Assembly (NCBI GenBank): GCA_964188305.1
Contig: OZ076895.1
Reading direction: 5' to 3' (one strand)
Source: Podarcis bocagei
Taxonomy: Eukaryota
Length of the DNA stretch: 64,000 bases
Within the stretch, counting starts at the first letter, position 1; each line of letters starts with the position of its first letter. Made by a program: the position numbers and the translations under genes. A model generated the notes under the pieces. It saw nothing but the letters and a program-made list of their open reading frames with translations. It was not told where the DNA came from and did no database searches. Below, piece by piece: positions 46,901-61,900 of this stretch.

Positions 46901-49900
46901 ATTGGCAAGTTCTTATTGGCCTTTGGCATTTGCAGGAAGGAGCATGGGGTGAACATACAATGAAGCAGATATATATTGAAACTTGCATACTTGAACTCCA
47001 TGCAGTCACACAGAAATCTGTTACAAAAAAGGTTGCCCAGCTTCTGCAGTGTTTGCAGTATTGAGCTTTGTGTTGTTGTGCTAAACCTTTTAACTGCCTC
47101 TTCTCCTTCTAGGTCCTTGTCCAGCCACAGATAATCAAGACTGAGTCTCTTGTCTTAACAACACTGAAAGCTGATGGCAGCCCTGTTATGACTGCTGTTC
47201 AGAATCCAGCCCTCACAGCACTGACCACGCCTATTCAGACAACAGCCTTGCAGGTACTGTAGGGCATCTTGCTTTCCCTTCCCAAATATGCACCTTCTCC
47301 CTCTTGCCAGCCAGTATAGTGTTTTAAGAATCTGTTAAGTGGGACAGGCAGAAGGGGATCATTTAACAACTGGGCATCTAAAGCCTGTACCAGCTGCAGC
47401 TTCTTCAAGAGTAACTCCATGTGGAGTTCTTTGCTGTAATCAGGTCATGAAGTTATTAGAGCGTGGACACTTGAGCTTAGGCTATCCTGGCCCAGTAATG
47501 GCTGCTGCTGGAAAACAGGCTGGAATTGGGCATAGGCTACCCTCACCACTGAGAGCACACTCAGATCACCTGTATCTCTAGTGGCAGCTTCAAATTGAGG
47601 AGAACCCCTTAGCTGCATACCCATCCAGAGCATGCCTCCCTATTTCCTGGACTTGGGAAACACCCATAGTACCTTCAAGCATCTATCCAGCATCTGCACA
47701 ATCTCTTCTGATTCAGATGGATGGAGAGGTATGAACTGACTCTCGTCGGCATACTGACAGCACTATGTCCCAAATCCCTGGATGACAGCTCCCAGGGGCT
47801 TCCTATAGATAGTGAACAGCATGAGGGACAGAATGGACCAAATGCCAAGGGGCCAAGCAGGAGTCCCCCAGAGCTGATCTCATGTAGCAACCGCAAGTAG
47901 GAGCAGAGCCACTATAACACAGAGGCCCCAGCTCCCAACCCACCGAACAAATTAATCTTTAACTGGGTCACTGTTGTCTTTTTTAAAGACTTTAGTTGGT
48001 GGCAATGGTACCATCTTGACCACAATGCCCATGGTGATGGGAGGGCAGGAGAAGATGCCCATCAAGCAGGTGCCTGGTGGTGCCAAGCAACCAGAACCAC
48101 CAAAGGAAGGAGAGAGGCGGACAACCCATAATATAATTGAGAAGCGGTACCGATCATCTATAAATGACAAGATCATAGAATTGAAGGACCTAGTCATGGG
48201 AACAGATGCAAAGGTATGAGTTGCTTTGTGGCTGAAAGCAAAAAGGCTGCTGTGATTTCAAACCCAGTTGACAATATGCTTGCAAGTCATATTCTCTGCT
48301 CCTTTTTTATTTTTTTCATTTGAAAGTTAGAAAAATACATAATTATATGTGCACTAAATATGGTGAGACATAAATAAAAGAGATAAAAAGATATCTTGCG
48401 GTATTAATACGCCTAGATTCTCTGCTTCTTACTGTGATTATCAGTGTTTGCTCAGTCAATATGGAGTTTTGGTCTCCCATGATAGATGCTAAATGTATTT
48501 GATTTGAATCCATTTCGTATTCTTCCCTGTGATTGGGAAAGTCATTGCAGTTTTAGTGTAGAAGCTTGTGCTGAAAGAGCATTTGGTGGCATTATTGCTA
48601 AAAATTACTGTTCATTCTCTTTAATGTATGCACATTATTTGCAGATGCACAAGTCAGGGGTACTGAGAAAGGCCATTGACTACATTAAGTACCTACAGCA
48701 GGTTAACCATAAGCTGCGTCAAGAGAACATGGTCCTGAAGCTTGCTAATCAGAAAAACAGTAAGTGTTGGGTGGCTATTTATGTGCCTTTGACCTCCTAC
48801 TTCACTGTTTGATGACGTATATTATTTGTGTGGGCAGGTTAAGCAAGGGAAGCAAGGGAAAGCATGAAGGGGAAAGAAAACTGAATTGTGAATTTGAGTA
48901 GTTAATCTTTGCAATCTCTGGTCTTTTCAGAGCTGTTGAAGGGGTTTGACCTAAGCAGTTTGGTGGACAATGATGTGGATCTGAAGATGGATGACTTCAA
49001 CCAAAATGCTCTGTTGATGTCTCCTCCAGCCTCTGACACAGGGTCACAAGCAGGCTTTTCCCCTTATTCTATTGATTCAGAACCAGGAAGCCCACTGCTG
49101 GATGATGCAAAGGTAGTTAACATCCTAAAACATTCTACAGAGGGAAGCGTGCATAAGGGTTGCCTGTTACTTGTAGACATGGGTGATGTGTGCTGGATGA
49201 GCTGGAGATCTTGTGCTTGGCTGTAATGAACTATGGTTCTAGAGGAAGATGTGACTCAGAATACAAAGGTTAATCAGTTCCATGACATTATCATCCCTGG
49301 CTAGTTTAGGCTGTCATTGTGTGAAGTCCTGTACCCAAAGCCTAATAATACAATATTTCGTCCCACAGACCTTTTAATAAAAAGGTTGACGTAACTCTGC
49401 TGTCTCCCCTTCTTCTCTTGCCTCTTAACAGGAGTGAGAATAGGAAGAAGAAATGTTGTGCACAATTTATAGATATAAATTGATTGGCTGCAACAATAAC
49501 ACTAGCTCTCCTTCTGATTCAGCACACTCAGAAACGTGTTGAGGCATGATAGCGGAGATTGTTCTTATAGCCATGTTTGAAATGCTATGATAAATTGTGA
49601 ACATCAGTCAATTCTTACACATTCTCAGTAGGCCGGGAACAATTAATTATCTTCACTGTTTCACAATTCTCTTGCTCTCTAACAAATCATCCTCTACCAC
49701 TATGGTCTAGGTTAAAGATGAACCTGACTCTCCAGCTGCCGCTCTTGGAATGGTTGACCGCTCACGGATGCTGCTTTGTGCTCTTACGTTCCTCTGTCTC
49801 TCCTTCAACCCTCTAACATCCCTCCTGGAGGGCCAAAGGACAGCTGACTCTGATGGTTCTGTACATCATAGCTCAGGGAGGAGTATTCTGTCAATAAATT

Positions 49901-52900
49901 CAGGTACTGTCAGAAATCCAGTCTTTCAGTATACTTCAGTATACATCTCCATGCTGCTTGTTTGGTGTTTGGAGTTCTTTAAGGATCACATATACAGTAG
50001 CTGAACACAGACAGTAGTAGTAACACTGGGGAAATGGGGTGTTATTTATTTGCTTTTAAAAATATATATATTAAAGGATGTTATTTATTTATATGCCCCC
50101 TTTCCATAGTTAAACCATACTCAAGGTTGTTTACATCAAAACATGTACACCATTCATTAATATATCAGCACTGGCCACTTCATTGCTTGGATATTGAGAA
50201 ACCCCTGCATTGTATATTAAAGTAATGATTTGACCCTTGCTACAATATTCTGTAAAGAATTGTGCATGGCACTCCTTTGCATGTTTACTGAGAAGTAAGC
50301 TGCATTGTGTTCAGGGAAACTTGTATAGGGTTGCAGCCTTCATCTGTTCTGAGTTTTACTAGTTCATTTTAAAACCCCATCCTCATAGCACTTCTGCAAG
50401 ACATGGGAGTTATTAAATAAGATTCTTACAAGAATCACATCATCTAGTTACACTGTGAAATAATTTTTATCTGTTTGAGTAAAATTCAGCATTTGTAGAG
50501 CCAATACGGATTGTGTTGCACATTTTGAACATATTTATATATATGTAACACACACACACACACACAAATCTGTAATCCCAACTTTAGCAATGCAGTTTAT
50601 TTGGGACTCAGAGCTAATAAACCCTATTGCCTGAGCCCCCACCTCCTTATATGCACAGCTTTTTTACATAATTAAAATTCATCCCAGACTTGTTATTTTA
50701 ATATGTTACCTCATCCATCTCCCCTCTGGCCCCCCTTCATATCTCTTCTGTTCTCTTTCCTTGCAGGCTCTGGTGGCTGGTTTGGCTGGATGATGCCCAC
50801 TCTGATCCTGTGGCTTGTAAATGGTGTTATTGTCCTGAGTGTGTTCATAAAACTCCTAGTACATGGAGAGCCTGTGACCCGACTGCACTCCCGGTCATCG
50901 GTTACTTTCTGGCGGCATCGGAAACAAGCAGACCTGGATTTAGCTAAGGTAGGTCAAGTTCTTGCTTCAGAAAACAAATTTTGTTTCTTTCCCAGTTTGT
51001 CTTCTGGAGCAGTACTGAACAGGCAGCACCTCAAAGTGCAGATCAACTCTCCAGAGAGGCTTTTGCACTTGGGATTGCAAGCATTTGTCCTACTTCTGAA
51101 ACACTTTGGAGCTCTTTAGTTCTCCACTTTTCTCCTTTCAGAAAGCCCCCCAAAATATTTTTGAATTGCCACCCTCAGCTTTAGCTGTGTAAAGCAATCT
51201 TTGTTTTTGCCATGGGCCTGGGGTAAATTTGAATTTTGCAACTGAAGCCAATTGTAAAAGTGGCCAGATTGTCACAGATTTGCTTAATATGCCTGAAGGT
51301 TTAAGGTAGTATCTCCAATAAAAGTATTACAGAACACCAGTTACTATTTCAATCTTTCTTTATATACTGTTAGCATATTTGAATAAGATAGAGAAAAAAG
51401 GCAGTTTGAAAGTTACTATTGGTTGGCAAAACTGCTTTTTTGTAAACCACTTAGAGATTTTCTCATCAAGCAGTATATACATTTTGTTACATAAATAAAT
51501 GTAGAAATAGATTTAAGTGGAGATAAATAGAAGAGACAAAAAATGCAGCCTTAGGGTCAAAGATGCTGCATCTTTCAAGGCTAGGCTAAAGGTGATTATG
51601 CTTGATTGTGCAAGTTTCCACATGCCATCTCAGAGAGTCTCTGAAGTCACTGGACTCTCACAAGTCTTTGCTGCACCTCCAGCTTTTCTGTTTTTGTTCT
51701 GTGCCTGCAGGAAGATTTTACTGCTGCTGCATCAAACTTACAGACTTGTCTGTCTGCCCTGGGCCGAGCACTGCCTGCCTCTCGTTTAGACTTGGCCTGC
51801 GGCCTGTCCTGGAACGTTATCCGCTACAGTCTCCAAAAATTGGGGTTGGTGCGTTGGTTGCTAAAGAGGACATCTCGGCAGAGACGAGCAACAGAAGCCC
51901 CTGCAGGTTTTGAGGATGAAGCCAAAACTAGTGCGCGTGATGCAGCTCTAGCCTATCATAAGCTCCATCAGCTCCATATCACAGGTAAGTGGGAAAGGGA
52001 GAAGGTGGACGCTTCTGTGAGTGTCTAGTGTGATGACCTAGACTTATCTACATACTTTGACTGTGTTCAATAGAACATTTAAAAAACCTAAGTCTGCAGA
52101 GAGTGCTTCATTCTAGCTTGATGATACAAGTAGTGCCGTACTCTTCTTTTGCAGGTGTGTGTCTTGCTAGATTTATTCTTACCTGAAAATCAATAGTATA
52201 ACCAGCTGAGATGATTCAGGCAGTGAAATGAAGGATGGTCTTCTATTTGGCCTGTATGAAAGAGCTTGATATACATAGCTTGGGTTTTGTTTGGTTGATT
52301 CCCAAAGTTACAATCTTACAAAGATAAGATTGTAGATAGATATAAACCAAGGCTTTGCAAGGCAGGACATTACTACGCCTTAAGGTTTGAATGCAACAGA
52401 ATCTCAGTAGCTCAAAGGGCTTTCCCAAATCAAACCATGTGAGGCACTAATTGTACTGGGAAAGTCTCACATTGCGTGAGTTTAAAAAAGTGATGTGTAT
52501 ATGTACCTGCAACTCAGGGTAGTACTCGATGCATCTGGTGAAGTAGACTGCAGCCCACAGAACCTTGTGACATAATTAATTTGTCCAGTGATGCTGAATG
52601 TTAGAAGATTCAGGAAGAAAATATTCCAAGGAAATACCCCTTCATACAGCTATAGTTGAGCTTCTGCATGACTGTCTTTGGTGCAAGAGTCTATCTTGGC
52701 TGCCCCTCTGTAAATTATTTTAAAGGAGATGACTCTTTCTCCTTTGGTTTCTGATGCAGGTAAGCTACCATCCAGCTCTGCCTACTCAGGATTGCACATG
52801 GCTCTGTGTGCTGTGAATCTGGCTGAATGTGCAGAAGAGAAGATTTCACCAAGCACACTGGCAGAAATTCATCTGACTGCTGCAGTTGGCTTGAAGACCC

Positions 52901-55900
52901 GCTGTGGTGGCAAGCTGGGCTTCCTGGCGGTGAGTAAATCCCAACAGCCTCCCAACAGAATTTAGAACAAGTATGTATTGTGGCATATTTCAACTGACCA
53001 CGGTTTTGCATGTGAATGGAAGTGGCTTTTAAGTTGATCTGTATAATTAACTTTACGCAGAATTACTATCCTTGAGTCAGAGGCATGCATAGCTTTCCTT
53101 CAGCACCATATCTTACCATGGCACTTTTTCTTTCTTACCAGAGTTATTTCTTAAGTCAAGCCCAGAGCTTGTGTAGTTCTGAGCGCAGTGCCATCCCTGA
53201 CTCTTTGCGTTGGTTGTGTCACCCATTGGGGCAAAAGTTTTTTGTGGAGCGGAACTGGACAGTGAAAACAGCTGCCAAGGAGAGTCTATATTGCACTCAG
53301 AGGAACCCAGGTGAGACCCAGCAGGCTTGTGAATGCGTTGCCCTAAGTCTGCCATCCAAGTTATGGGACAGTGTTATGCATGTGTATGCTCACTCTCTCT
53401 AGCCAATTCTTGCTTGAAAGCTTTTGGTGCTGTAAGAAATTGTGGAACATGGACTGAGCAATCAAATGGACAGTTTCCCAAATGATGGAGTTCTTTCTGC
53501 AAATAATTTCTCTGCCCAAACAGATTTTTATTTATTATTTCATTTATATCCCAGCATCACTCCAACCAGCTCAAGGTGGTATTCTCACAGCAACCCTGTG
53601 AGGTTTGTTAAGCTGAGAGCTGGTGACTGGCCTAAGGTCGCCCAGTGAGCTTCATGACCAAGTGGGGTTTTGATCCCAGGTCCTAGTACAATATTTCAAA
53701 TCCTGCGTAACATGGCAAGGGTTTGCACCTGATTATTTTTGAGGGATACCTGCGTATTACTAGGGTAGCAGCCCTGAATCTTTTGTAAATTATTGAGAAA
53801 AGGAAATAAAGCTGATTGTTTTTTCATCTACAGCTGATCCCATTGCACAGGTGCACCAGGCATTCTGTGAGAACCTCCTGGAGAGAGCTGTTGAATCCCT
53901 TGTGAAACCTCAGATTCCAAAGGGGGCTGCAGGACATGATGATGAAGAGCCCTGGTAAGCTGCAGTTCTGTCCCTACCCTATTGGCATTTTTTCTCAGGT
54001 TGAGTAGCCAATTCTGACTGCCTGCTCTATTAGTTCCTGTAGCCCAGCAGGTGGGATGAAGGGTAGGAGCACAGATTTCATCTCTTTGGTTAGGAGCAAT
54101 GTGGCAGGGCCAACAGAATAACATTCCTGACATAATGCAGAAACTTGAATCAAATTCACCTGCCATATCTATTGCCTGTGTGGCAAAGGGCAGTTTCTCC
54201 TAGCAATTTGTAACTGAATTGCAGATAATGGATTAGTGGAGCATGCAGTTTTCAGGGCAACACTCAAGCTCAACAAGGTTCATCAGTAAATTATTTCTGT
54301 TTTGGAGACAGAAGCACAGAGAAATGCATAGTATGCTGCTGGATTGTTGAGAGTTCCGTGATAAAAGAAAGTTCCCCAGCAGAACTTGAATAATAGCAAT
54401 TTGCAGAGCACGGAGAGAGCTGGTAACCAGGCATTCTTACTAAGAATAGCCAGGACGCGGGTGGTGCTGTGGTCTAAACCACTGAGTCTCTTGGGCTTTG
54501 CCGATCAGAAGGTTGGGGGTTTGAATCCCCACGATGGGGTGAGCTCCCATTGCTCTGTCCCAGCTCCTGCCAACCTAGCAGTTTGAAAGCATGCCAGTGT
54601 AAGTTGATAAACGTAGAAGGTAAATGGTGTTTTCATGCGCTCTGGTTTCTGTCACAGTGTTCTGTTGCACCAGAAGCGGTTTAGTCACGCTGGCAACATG
54701 ACCCAGAAAGCTGTGTGTGGACAAATGCCGGCTCCTTTGACCTGCAAGCTAGATGGGCACTGCAAGCCCATAGTCACCTTTGACTGGACGTACCCGTCCA
54801 GAGGTCCTTTACCTTACCTTACTAAGTATACTAAGTTGCACACGTTAAACTGATGCACTGTAGAAATGTGTTGCATTGTCTTTACTGGTAAAAGTCTGAT
54901 TTCTGCTTGTGCTTGTAGTGAATTCTCTAATGCTTTGGAATACCTGAAGTTACTCAATTCTTTTGTGGACTCTTTGGGAATTGGAACACCACCTTTCACT
55001 GGAAATTCTGTGTTGAGGTCTGCACTGGGTAAGTGTGAAGGATGCCCAGGTTGCTCAGTGTCCCATATTTCTCAGCTTCATGCTGGAGATCTGCAAGCAT
55101 TCGCTGCTGAGTTAGTGTTCTAAACTTGATTCAGCTGCAGCATTAATTAATGTTGCCCAGTTGATCAAAAGTGTATCTTAAGTCAATGATATTTCCTTTA
55201 AATCCATAAAGGCCAAAATTGTCATTTTTTTGAAATTTCAAACTCTCATAACTAAATAACCTGGGGTGAGATAAACTTTAGATTTAAACTTAGTTTTGAT
55301 AATTCAAGAAGTGTACAAAATATTAAGAAAATTGGATGGCATGAGGTAAAAAATTGGACCCCTTGATATGGAATGACCATATCTTCAATCTTCCATGTGA
55401 CAGCTCTTTAAATATTTGAATATGGCTATCCTATCTCATAGCCAGTTCTCTCAACCATTCCTCATATATGAGGAAGACACCTGCTGATTCAAAGAAATAT
55501 GAAATTGAGCAGGTAGAATTTTCCTGATATCCCATGATAAATTTGTTTTAGATGTAGTGCAGTTTCTGCTTTTTAAGACAAGCAAGTGTCCAGTCACATG
55601 TCAGTGATAGTATTCTACATTGATCATGGTGAGATTTGATCAGCAGCTGAGTGGAGACCTCTAGAGGAGAGTTCAGTAAATATGTAGATCTAATTTTTTT
55701 CTGCAGAGATCAGTACTTACGGCCTTCTCAGCTGAGATCTGAAACTAAATACTTTTGACCACTTAATGGTTTTGTGGAACACACTATGAGAGCTGGTAAC
55801 TCAGCCCAAGAGGTTAATGAGTCTTGTAAATTCTGGTTAGTGACTCCATTCCCAAGGCAGAAGCATTTTAAATGAGATGCATATGTTGGCAGGGCGGTAC

Positions 55901-58900
55901 CGAGCAGCTTGTCTCTGGTTGCTGTTGTTGTTCCCTTCTGCTGAAGCAGTAAGATGAAGGGGGGAATGTCTGGCAAGATGCTTGGCTTTGCACCAGCCTG
56001 TGTGTCAGTGGCAGCAGCAGCAGCAGGTGGATGGTACCCTACTCTGCAGGATGGCATTCACTAATGTGCCCTGACTTCAGCAACAAAGGGAGTTGAATCA
56101 GTTTTCTTGTCCCAAGCCTAGCACACCTTGCCTGCCCCAAATGTCCATTTTGGCTCTCTCCCCACAATTTATCCTAGTGACCTGCTCTTGTACATGTTCA
56201 ACATCACAATCTGGAAGTTTTTTGGGACCCTGGGAAGGTTTAGTTCAAGGAAGGGCTCACCCAGAAGCATTACTGTGATGGTATCATGCTGCTAACCCCT
56301 TGTCCCTGCCCGCTTTCCCAAATCAGGCCCTGGGCATTTCAAAGCAGCTGCTTAAATGAGATCTGTGCAGGTCTTGCCAGAAACTGACCTTTTCAGCATT
56401 GTCCTCCTTGTAAGGGTCCTCCTACCAGCAAGCAACCTCACACTATTCTAGTTCCTGGTAAGTTCATTTTCATTACACAGAAATATGTGTAACTGGGACC
56501 CGATGCCATTCTTCAAAATGAAAAGCAGATCCAAGATGGAAATTTAGAACAGAGAAGTGTGGGGGTATGGGTGTGACTTTTCCCTGCCTACCATTTTCTT
56601 ACTCCAAATTGCCTTCCTCCCATGGCTGGTTCCCCTTCCCAGGAGCAAGGGTTTCAGTGTGTTTGAATGCACTTTCGTAGGTTTACAGGGGGAAGGGGCT
56701 TGAAGTAAGGAAACAGTGGATGGGGAAAAGATTCCCGTCTCCTGAAGCCATTTTTCATTAAAACAAAACCTGTTGGGATTTGCATTGGTGAGAGTGTCTC
56801 ATATTTATTGTTATTTTGTCTCTGCATACCTAGGCCCTGATGTGGTGTGCAGGTGGTGGTCATCCGCAATCACAATGACAATCAGCTGGCTCAGGGGTGA
56901 TGATGCAGCCGTGAGATCCCAGTTTACCAACGTGGAGCGAATTCCTAAATGTTTGGAGATGATGGAGTGTGTGGCCTTTTTGCATTACTCTCACAATTGC
57001 CTTTTGTCACTTTAAATAGTTTCCAAACTAAGCTGCAGTATTTTGAGATTGTATTAACTGAAAATACCAGCTATCAGGCACTGGGGTGGTGGATGCAAAG
57101 ACTTTTCTAAGTGTTAGATGCAGGGGGGAGTTGGTCTCATCCAGCTGTGGCCATCTGGGTACTCGGTGCAGCATCAGGCCAGACTTGAGGGTCGGGGAGG
57201 GGGAGTTGCTCTGGTCTATAGAGAGATTCTCTCTCTCTCTCCCTTCAGGCTCTCTATCCAGTTGGGTGGAGGATCTGGAGTGTGTGTTCCTGGCACTGGG
57301 AATCAGAACAGATTAGAGATTCTGCTGGTTTACTGCCCACCTCACTGCCCAGCAGTCTTTCTGCCTGAGCTGGCAGATCTGGTCTTGGAGGTGGTGTTGA
57401 GGATTCCCATTCTGCTGGAGAGGGCTTTCTTCATGTGCCACCTCAAGAAGTCCAGAGAAGGGGCAACATGAGGATGAGCCTTTTCTGTGTTGGCTCCCTG
57501 TTTGTGGAATGCTCTCCCCAGAGAGGTTCACCTGGCACCTTCATTATTTAGGTGCCAGACAAAATCATTCCTCTTCTCCTAGGCCCTTGGCTAATCTAAG
57601 CAATCTATGGCCTTTAAAACTGTGTGTGTTGGGGAGGTTGTTTTTGTTTGTTATTATTTTATGATGAGTGGTATAGAAATTTAATAACATTGTTATTATT
57701 TATTATGGGAACTTAGTAAGTGAGAGGCTTATGAAGCTTATGGAGGTGGTTGGTCCACGACCACAATACCTTAAAGGCACTGACCTTGTTCCTGGCTTGG
57801 GATCTTTCTCTTCTCTCTTCCCTCCTTTCTAGGAATGCCCTTGTGAAAGCTGTCTTTCATGTGTGCAAAGCCATGAACGCCTCCTTGTCAAGCAAGGCAG
57901 ATGGGCAGCAGAGCTCCTTTGGCCACTGTGAAAGAGCCAGCACTCACCTTTGGAACAGCCTCAACATGAGCAGTGGGGTCTCAAGCACGGGTCTCAATAA
58001 CGTAAGTATCCTCATCCTCATCACAATCATTTACAACTGGCTGTACATGTACAACTGCCTTCTCCATCCTTTCCTGAGCCAAGGCTTGTGGGCAAATGTT
58101 TAGTCATCATTCCATGTGTCTCTGAGGTCAAATATCCTGGAGCCGAAGAAGCAGCAGCTAACATTTTTTTCTTCATGATTGGAGAGACAGAGAACGTTCC
58201 CTCTCCTCTTGCCCTTTTGTGTGTGTTGACTAGAGCTGCCGTGTTCCCTTTCCCACAGTAGTGCTTGAGGAGTGCATTTGTTTCCAGTGTGTTGGCTTCC
58301 AGTGCACTGCCAGAATTAGCAGGCTGAGCTCTTGTTTGGTCCTGTCCTTGTTGCTTTTAATTATGCCTCCTGGGTGAATTGTTCCCACAGAAGGCACTAC
58401 ATGTCTAGTCTCCTGTGGGCAAGAACAGTGTGAAGTCCTTGTATCAGGGTGTCAGCTTCACCTTCATTTCCTTGTTTCTCTGAGAAGCTGGGCTTTCCAA
58501 CTTTTGGCACTGTACAAGAATCGGAGCTGTTCATCACTGCTGGGTGGCAGCTGTCGTGCATTGTAGTTGCATTGCATGTTCTGGCAGTACTCGTGCAATG
58601 TTTCCGCAGTGCAGCACAGAGGTGCACCCATTTCTCCTCTGCAGGTGGGAATCTCCTCAGCTTGCCTGGATTGAATGCTGTTCTTTCCGATTCAGTGATT
58701 TAAGTGATGTGGTAGAAACTTCCTAGGAACTTTACATCTGAATTGGAAGGGGCCAAGAGGCCATCTGTACAATCCAGACTGCATTGTACTGCAAGCAGAA
58801 AGAAAGCATGAGAGAGGAAAGTGGAGCACATGGGTTGAAAAGGCCGAGAAAAGGTATATGTGGCAGTGAAAAGGCAAATGAAGTGCCCATCGTGACCTCT

Positions 58901-61900
58901 ATTTTACGTAGCTGATTTATTTTTTGGGCATGGCCTAGATGAAGCAGCAGCTGTGGCAGCCATGACAATCTGCTGCCCAGTGGCCCTTCGCCTGAACAAG
59001 GGCCACAAGGTGACTAAGAATGGGGCAAAGTCATGCCAATGCCATGGACACCTGACCAAGCACACCAAGTTTGTGTAAGACACGATCCAGGAGGCATGCT
59101 GCCTCGTCTCCAAAAAGATATGTGTGATGGTGCTGTTCAAGATCTCCAAAGACAAATGAGCTGTGCAGTTCAACAAGAAAAGGGTGGGGACTTCATCCAA
59201 GCCAAGAAGAAGCAGGAGGAACTGAACAGTACCCTGGAAACAATGAGGAAAGCAGCAGCCCAGAAGGACTAGAAGCTCCCTGGCCGCCTCCCAAAGCCTC
59301 TGCAATAAAGCTTGTTTTGAAAACCCGGTAAAAACAACACTTCTGTTTTCCTTAGGTATTTTTGAATGAACCAAAATGAGTCCTTCAAAATGCAGTTCGA
59401 ACTGATATTAAAGATACTTTTTTTGCCACCGGAGGGCGTACCAAAATACTATTCTGTAGAAGATGTTGATTTGTTTTGCAGTTTTTTTGTCCCAAGGGTA
59501 TCTTCTCAAGATCATACTGCTTCATTTTACTTCTGGCTAATTGTTGGAACCTTTGGGACACATTTTCAAGGACACTTTCTTAGAATCCCACTGTTCGTCC
59601 TGTTCCACAGGAGTGTTGAGATTTGCAGGAAAAGCAGGTAGCATCCGGTCGTGGCCGGCAAATTGTTAGTGTGCAAGGTCAGGTTAAGCAGGTAAAGTCC
59701 AGTCAAGGCAAAGTCATGATTTTTCTATCTTGTGACTCCTGCAAGGCTAGAGAGATGGGAATATTGCAGGGGACACGTTCTCCGAGTCCATAGATGGTGG
59801 CAGGGCTGTGGGAGATAGCTGAATAAGGTACTAATCGTCTCCCAGAAGTCGTTTGAGCCTTAAGCTCATTCATCTGTCACCACTCTCCGAAAGGTCCTAA
59901 AGCCGGAGATCATATCAGTCATGGTGGCTAAAATAAAAATGAATGTACACCCCCACTGCCCATCTTTTGGACAGTCTTCTGTCAGTGGATCTTCAGTTCC
60001 ACATTAAAACAGTGTGGTGGTCTCAGTATTTCTTCATTTGGCTTAATCTTTCATCTTTTGGTGGTAGGTAGAATTCACATAAAACACACAGGAAACAAAA
60101 AACAAATAAAGCATTTGTACGGTTAACCAATTTTTGTTAGGTAATTCTTTGAATATTTACTGTGATGGATGCTGTGGGAACAATGATTTGTGCTGGGATC
60201 CCACTGCACCCTGATTTTGTGTTGACATGTTTTCAGAACGCAGTTATAGGTGCTGATTTTGGCCTACAAAGGGGCACAGGATACTTCAGGGGTAGCCAGC
60301 CCTGTACCTTCCACATGTTATTGGACCACTGCTCCCATCAGCCTCAGCAGCATTGCTCTTGGTCAAGTATGATGGGAATTGTGGTCTAACAACATCTGAA
60401 GGGTACCACATTGGCTACCTTTGGATAACCTGGTTGCTTCCTCCATGTTATCTTGTGGTCATGTCCTTTGATGATAATATTTGGACAACAAAAAATTCAG
60501 AATGCTCATGCTGGATCACTTTTTGAGAAGAAAGGGAATTTGGCCAGAGAGCTGTCAGTTGATACCATCTCATCTTTGAGATAAAAACACTATGTATCAT
60601 TCTGCTAGTATTTTTAGATATGTGCGAGAAGCTTTTGTCCCTCTGAAGGCTGCTGCATCCAGCTGATGATGCTGGAATGTCTTGATACTCCTGTCACTGA
60701 ATGGCTCTGTCTCCTTGCAGATGATCCAGCTGCTAGCTTGCGACCTACTGCTGTCCCTCCGCACCACTTTGTGGCAGAAACAGATGAACTCCAGCCAGGC
60801 CTTGGGAGAGGCCTACCATGCTTCTGCTTCTGAGCTGACAGGATTCCAGCGCGACCTCGGCAGCCTGAGAAAACTGGCCCATAGTTTCAGACCTGCTTAT
60901 CGAAAGGTAAGATCCTGCCACTTGTAATGAGTGAGGAGATGATGACCTGTCCCTTGAGTTCCTGCATGCTGTTATAAGCCAAAGGGGCAAATGGTCCACG
61001 AACTAGGCCAGGACTGGTTTTGCTTTGAATTTCCAGCAGTGTGTTTGCAGTGGTGGCTTCCTGCTGGATATGTCCTTACTGTTGTAGACTTTGCCCTTAA
61101 GTAGCATTCATTGGGTGTGGGTGTGTGTTGCGGTTTCCCCTGGATGTAAACTAATGTGACACTTCCTGAATGTTCAAAACTCTATGTAAATTATCTCAAT
61201 AATCCTCAAAACAGCCCTGTGATGTTTGCCATTCCTATTATCCACATGTCACCCATGTGAGCTGTGAGGATGAGAGAATACGGGGTTGCCTAATGCCAGG
61301 TAGCTTTTATGGTGGCTGCGAGATTTGAACTGGGGATTTCTAGCCTGGCAGGCTTAATCACTGCTCTCCACTGGTTTGTACGCACAAACAGCACAGATGG
61401 TTCTGTGGTAGAGTGTGGACCACTGCTGGTCAGAAATAGTTGGGTAGCATGCCCCTCTTTTAAAGGGCACATTCCCTGTACACTCTTGCTCAGCAGAAAG
61501 GAGTTAGGGAAGGAAAAGTGGCTGAGAGGATTAGCACCAGAAGGTGCAAGCTTATCTGATAAAGGCGCATGCCCAAATCTACAGCACCACAAGGTGATGG
61601 AAGGTTGCTAAAATGTAGACGCTACCCATTGCCTTCTGCTTTCCCCCTCCTTCCAGGTGTTCCTGCATGAGGCCACCGTGCGTTTGATGGCAGGGGCCAG
61701 TCCCACACGCACTCATCAGCTGCTGGAGCACAGTCTCAGGCGTCGGACACCCCAGAGTACCAAGCAAGGTCAGGAAGCTCTTGTGCCCTTTCTTGTCCAT
61801 CTCTTCCCTGAACTGGGTCACCCCCCCCCCGCCCTGCACTATCTATCTATAAAATGCTTGCAAGCAATGCCAAACCATATATGACAAATGCCACAGTTAG

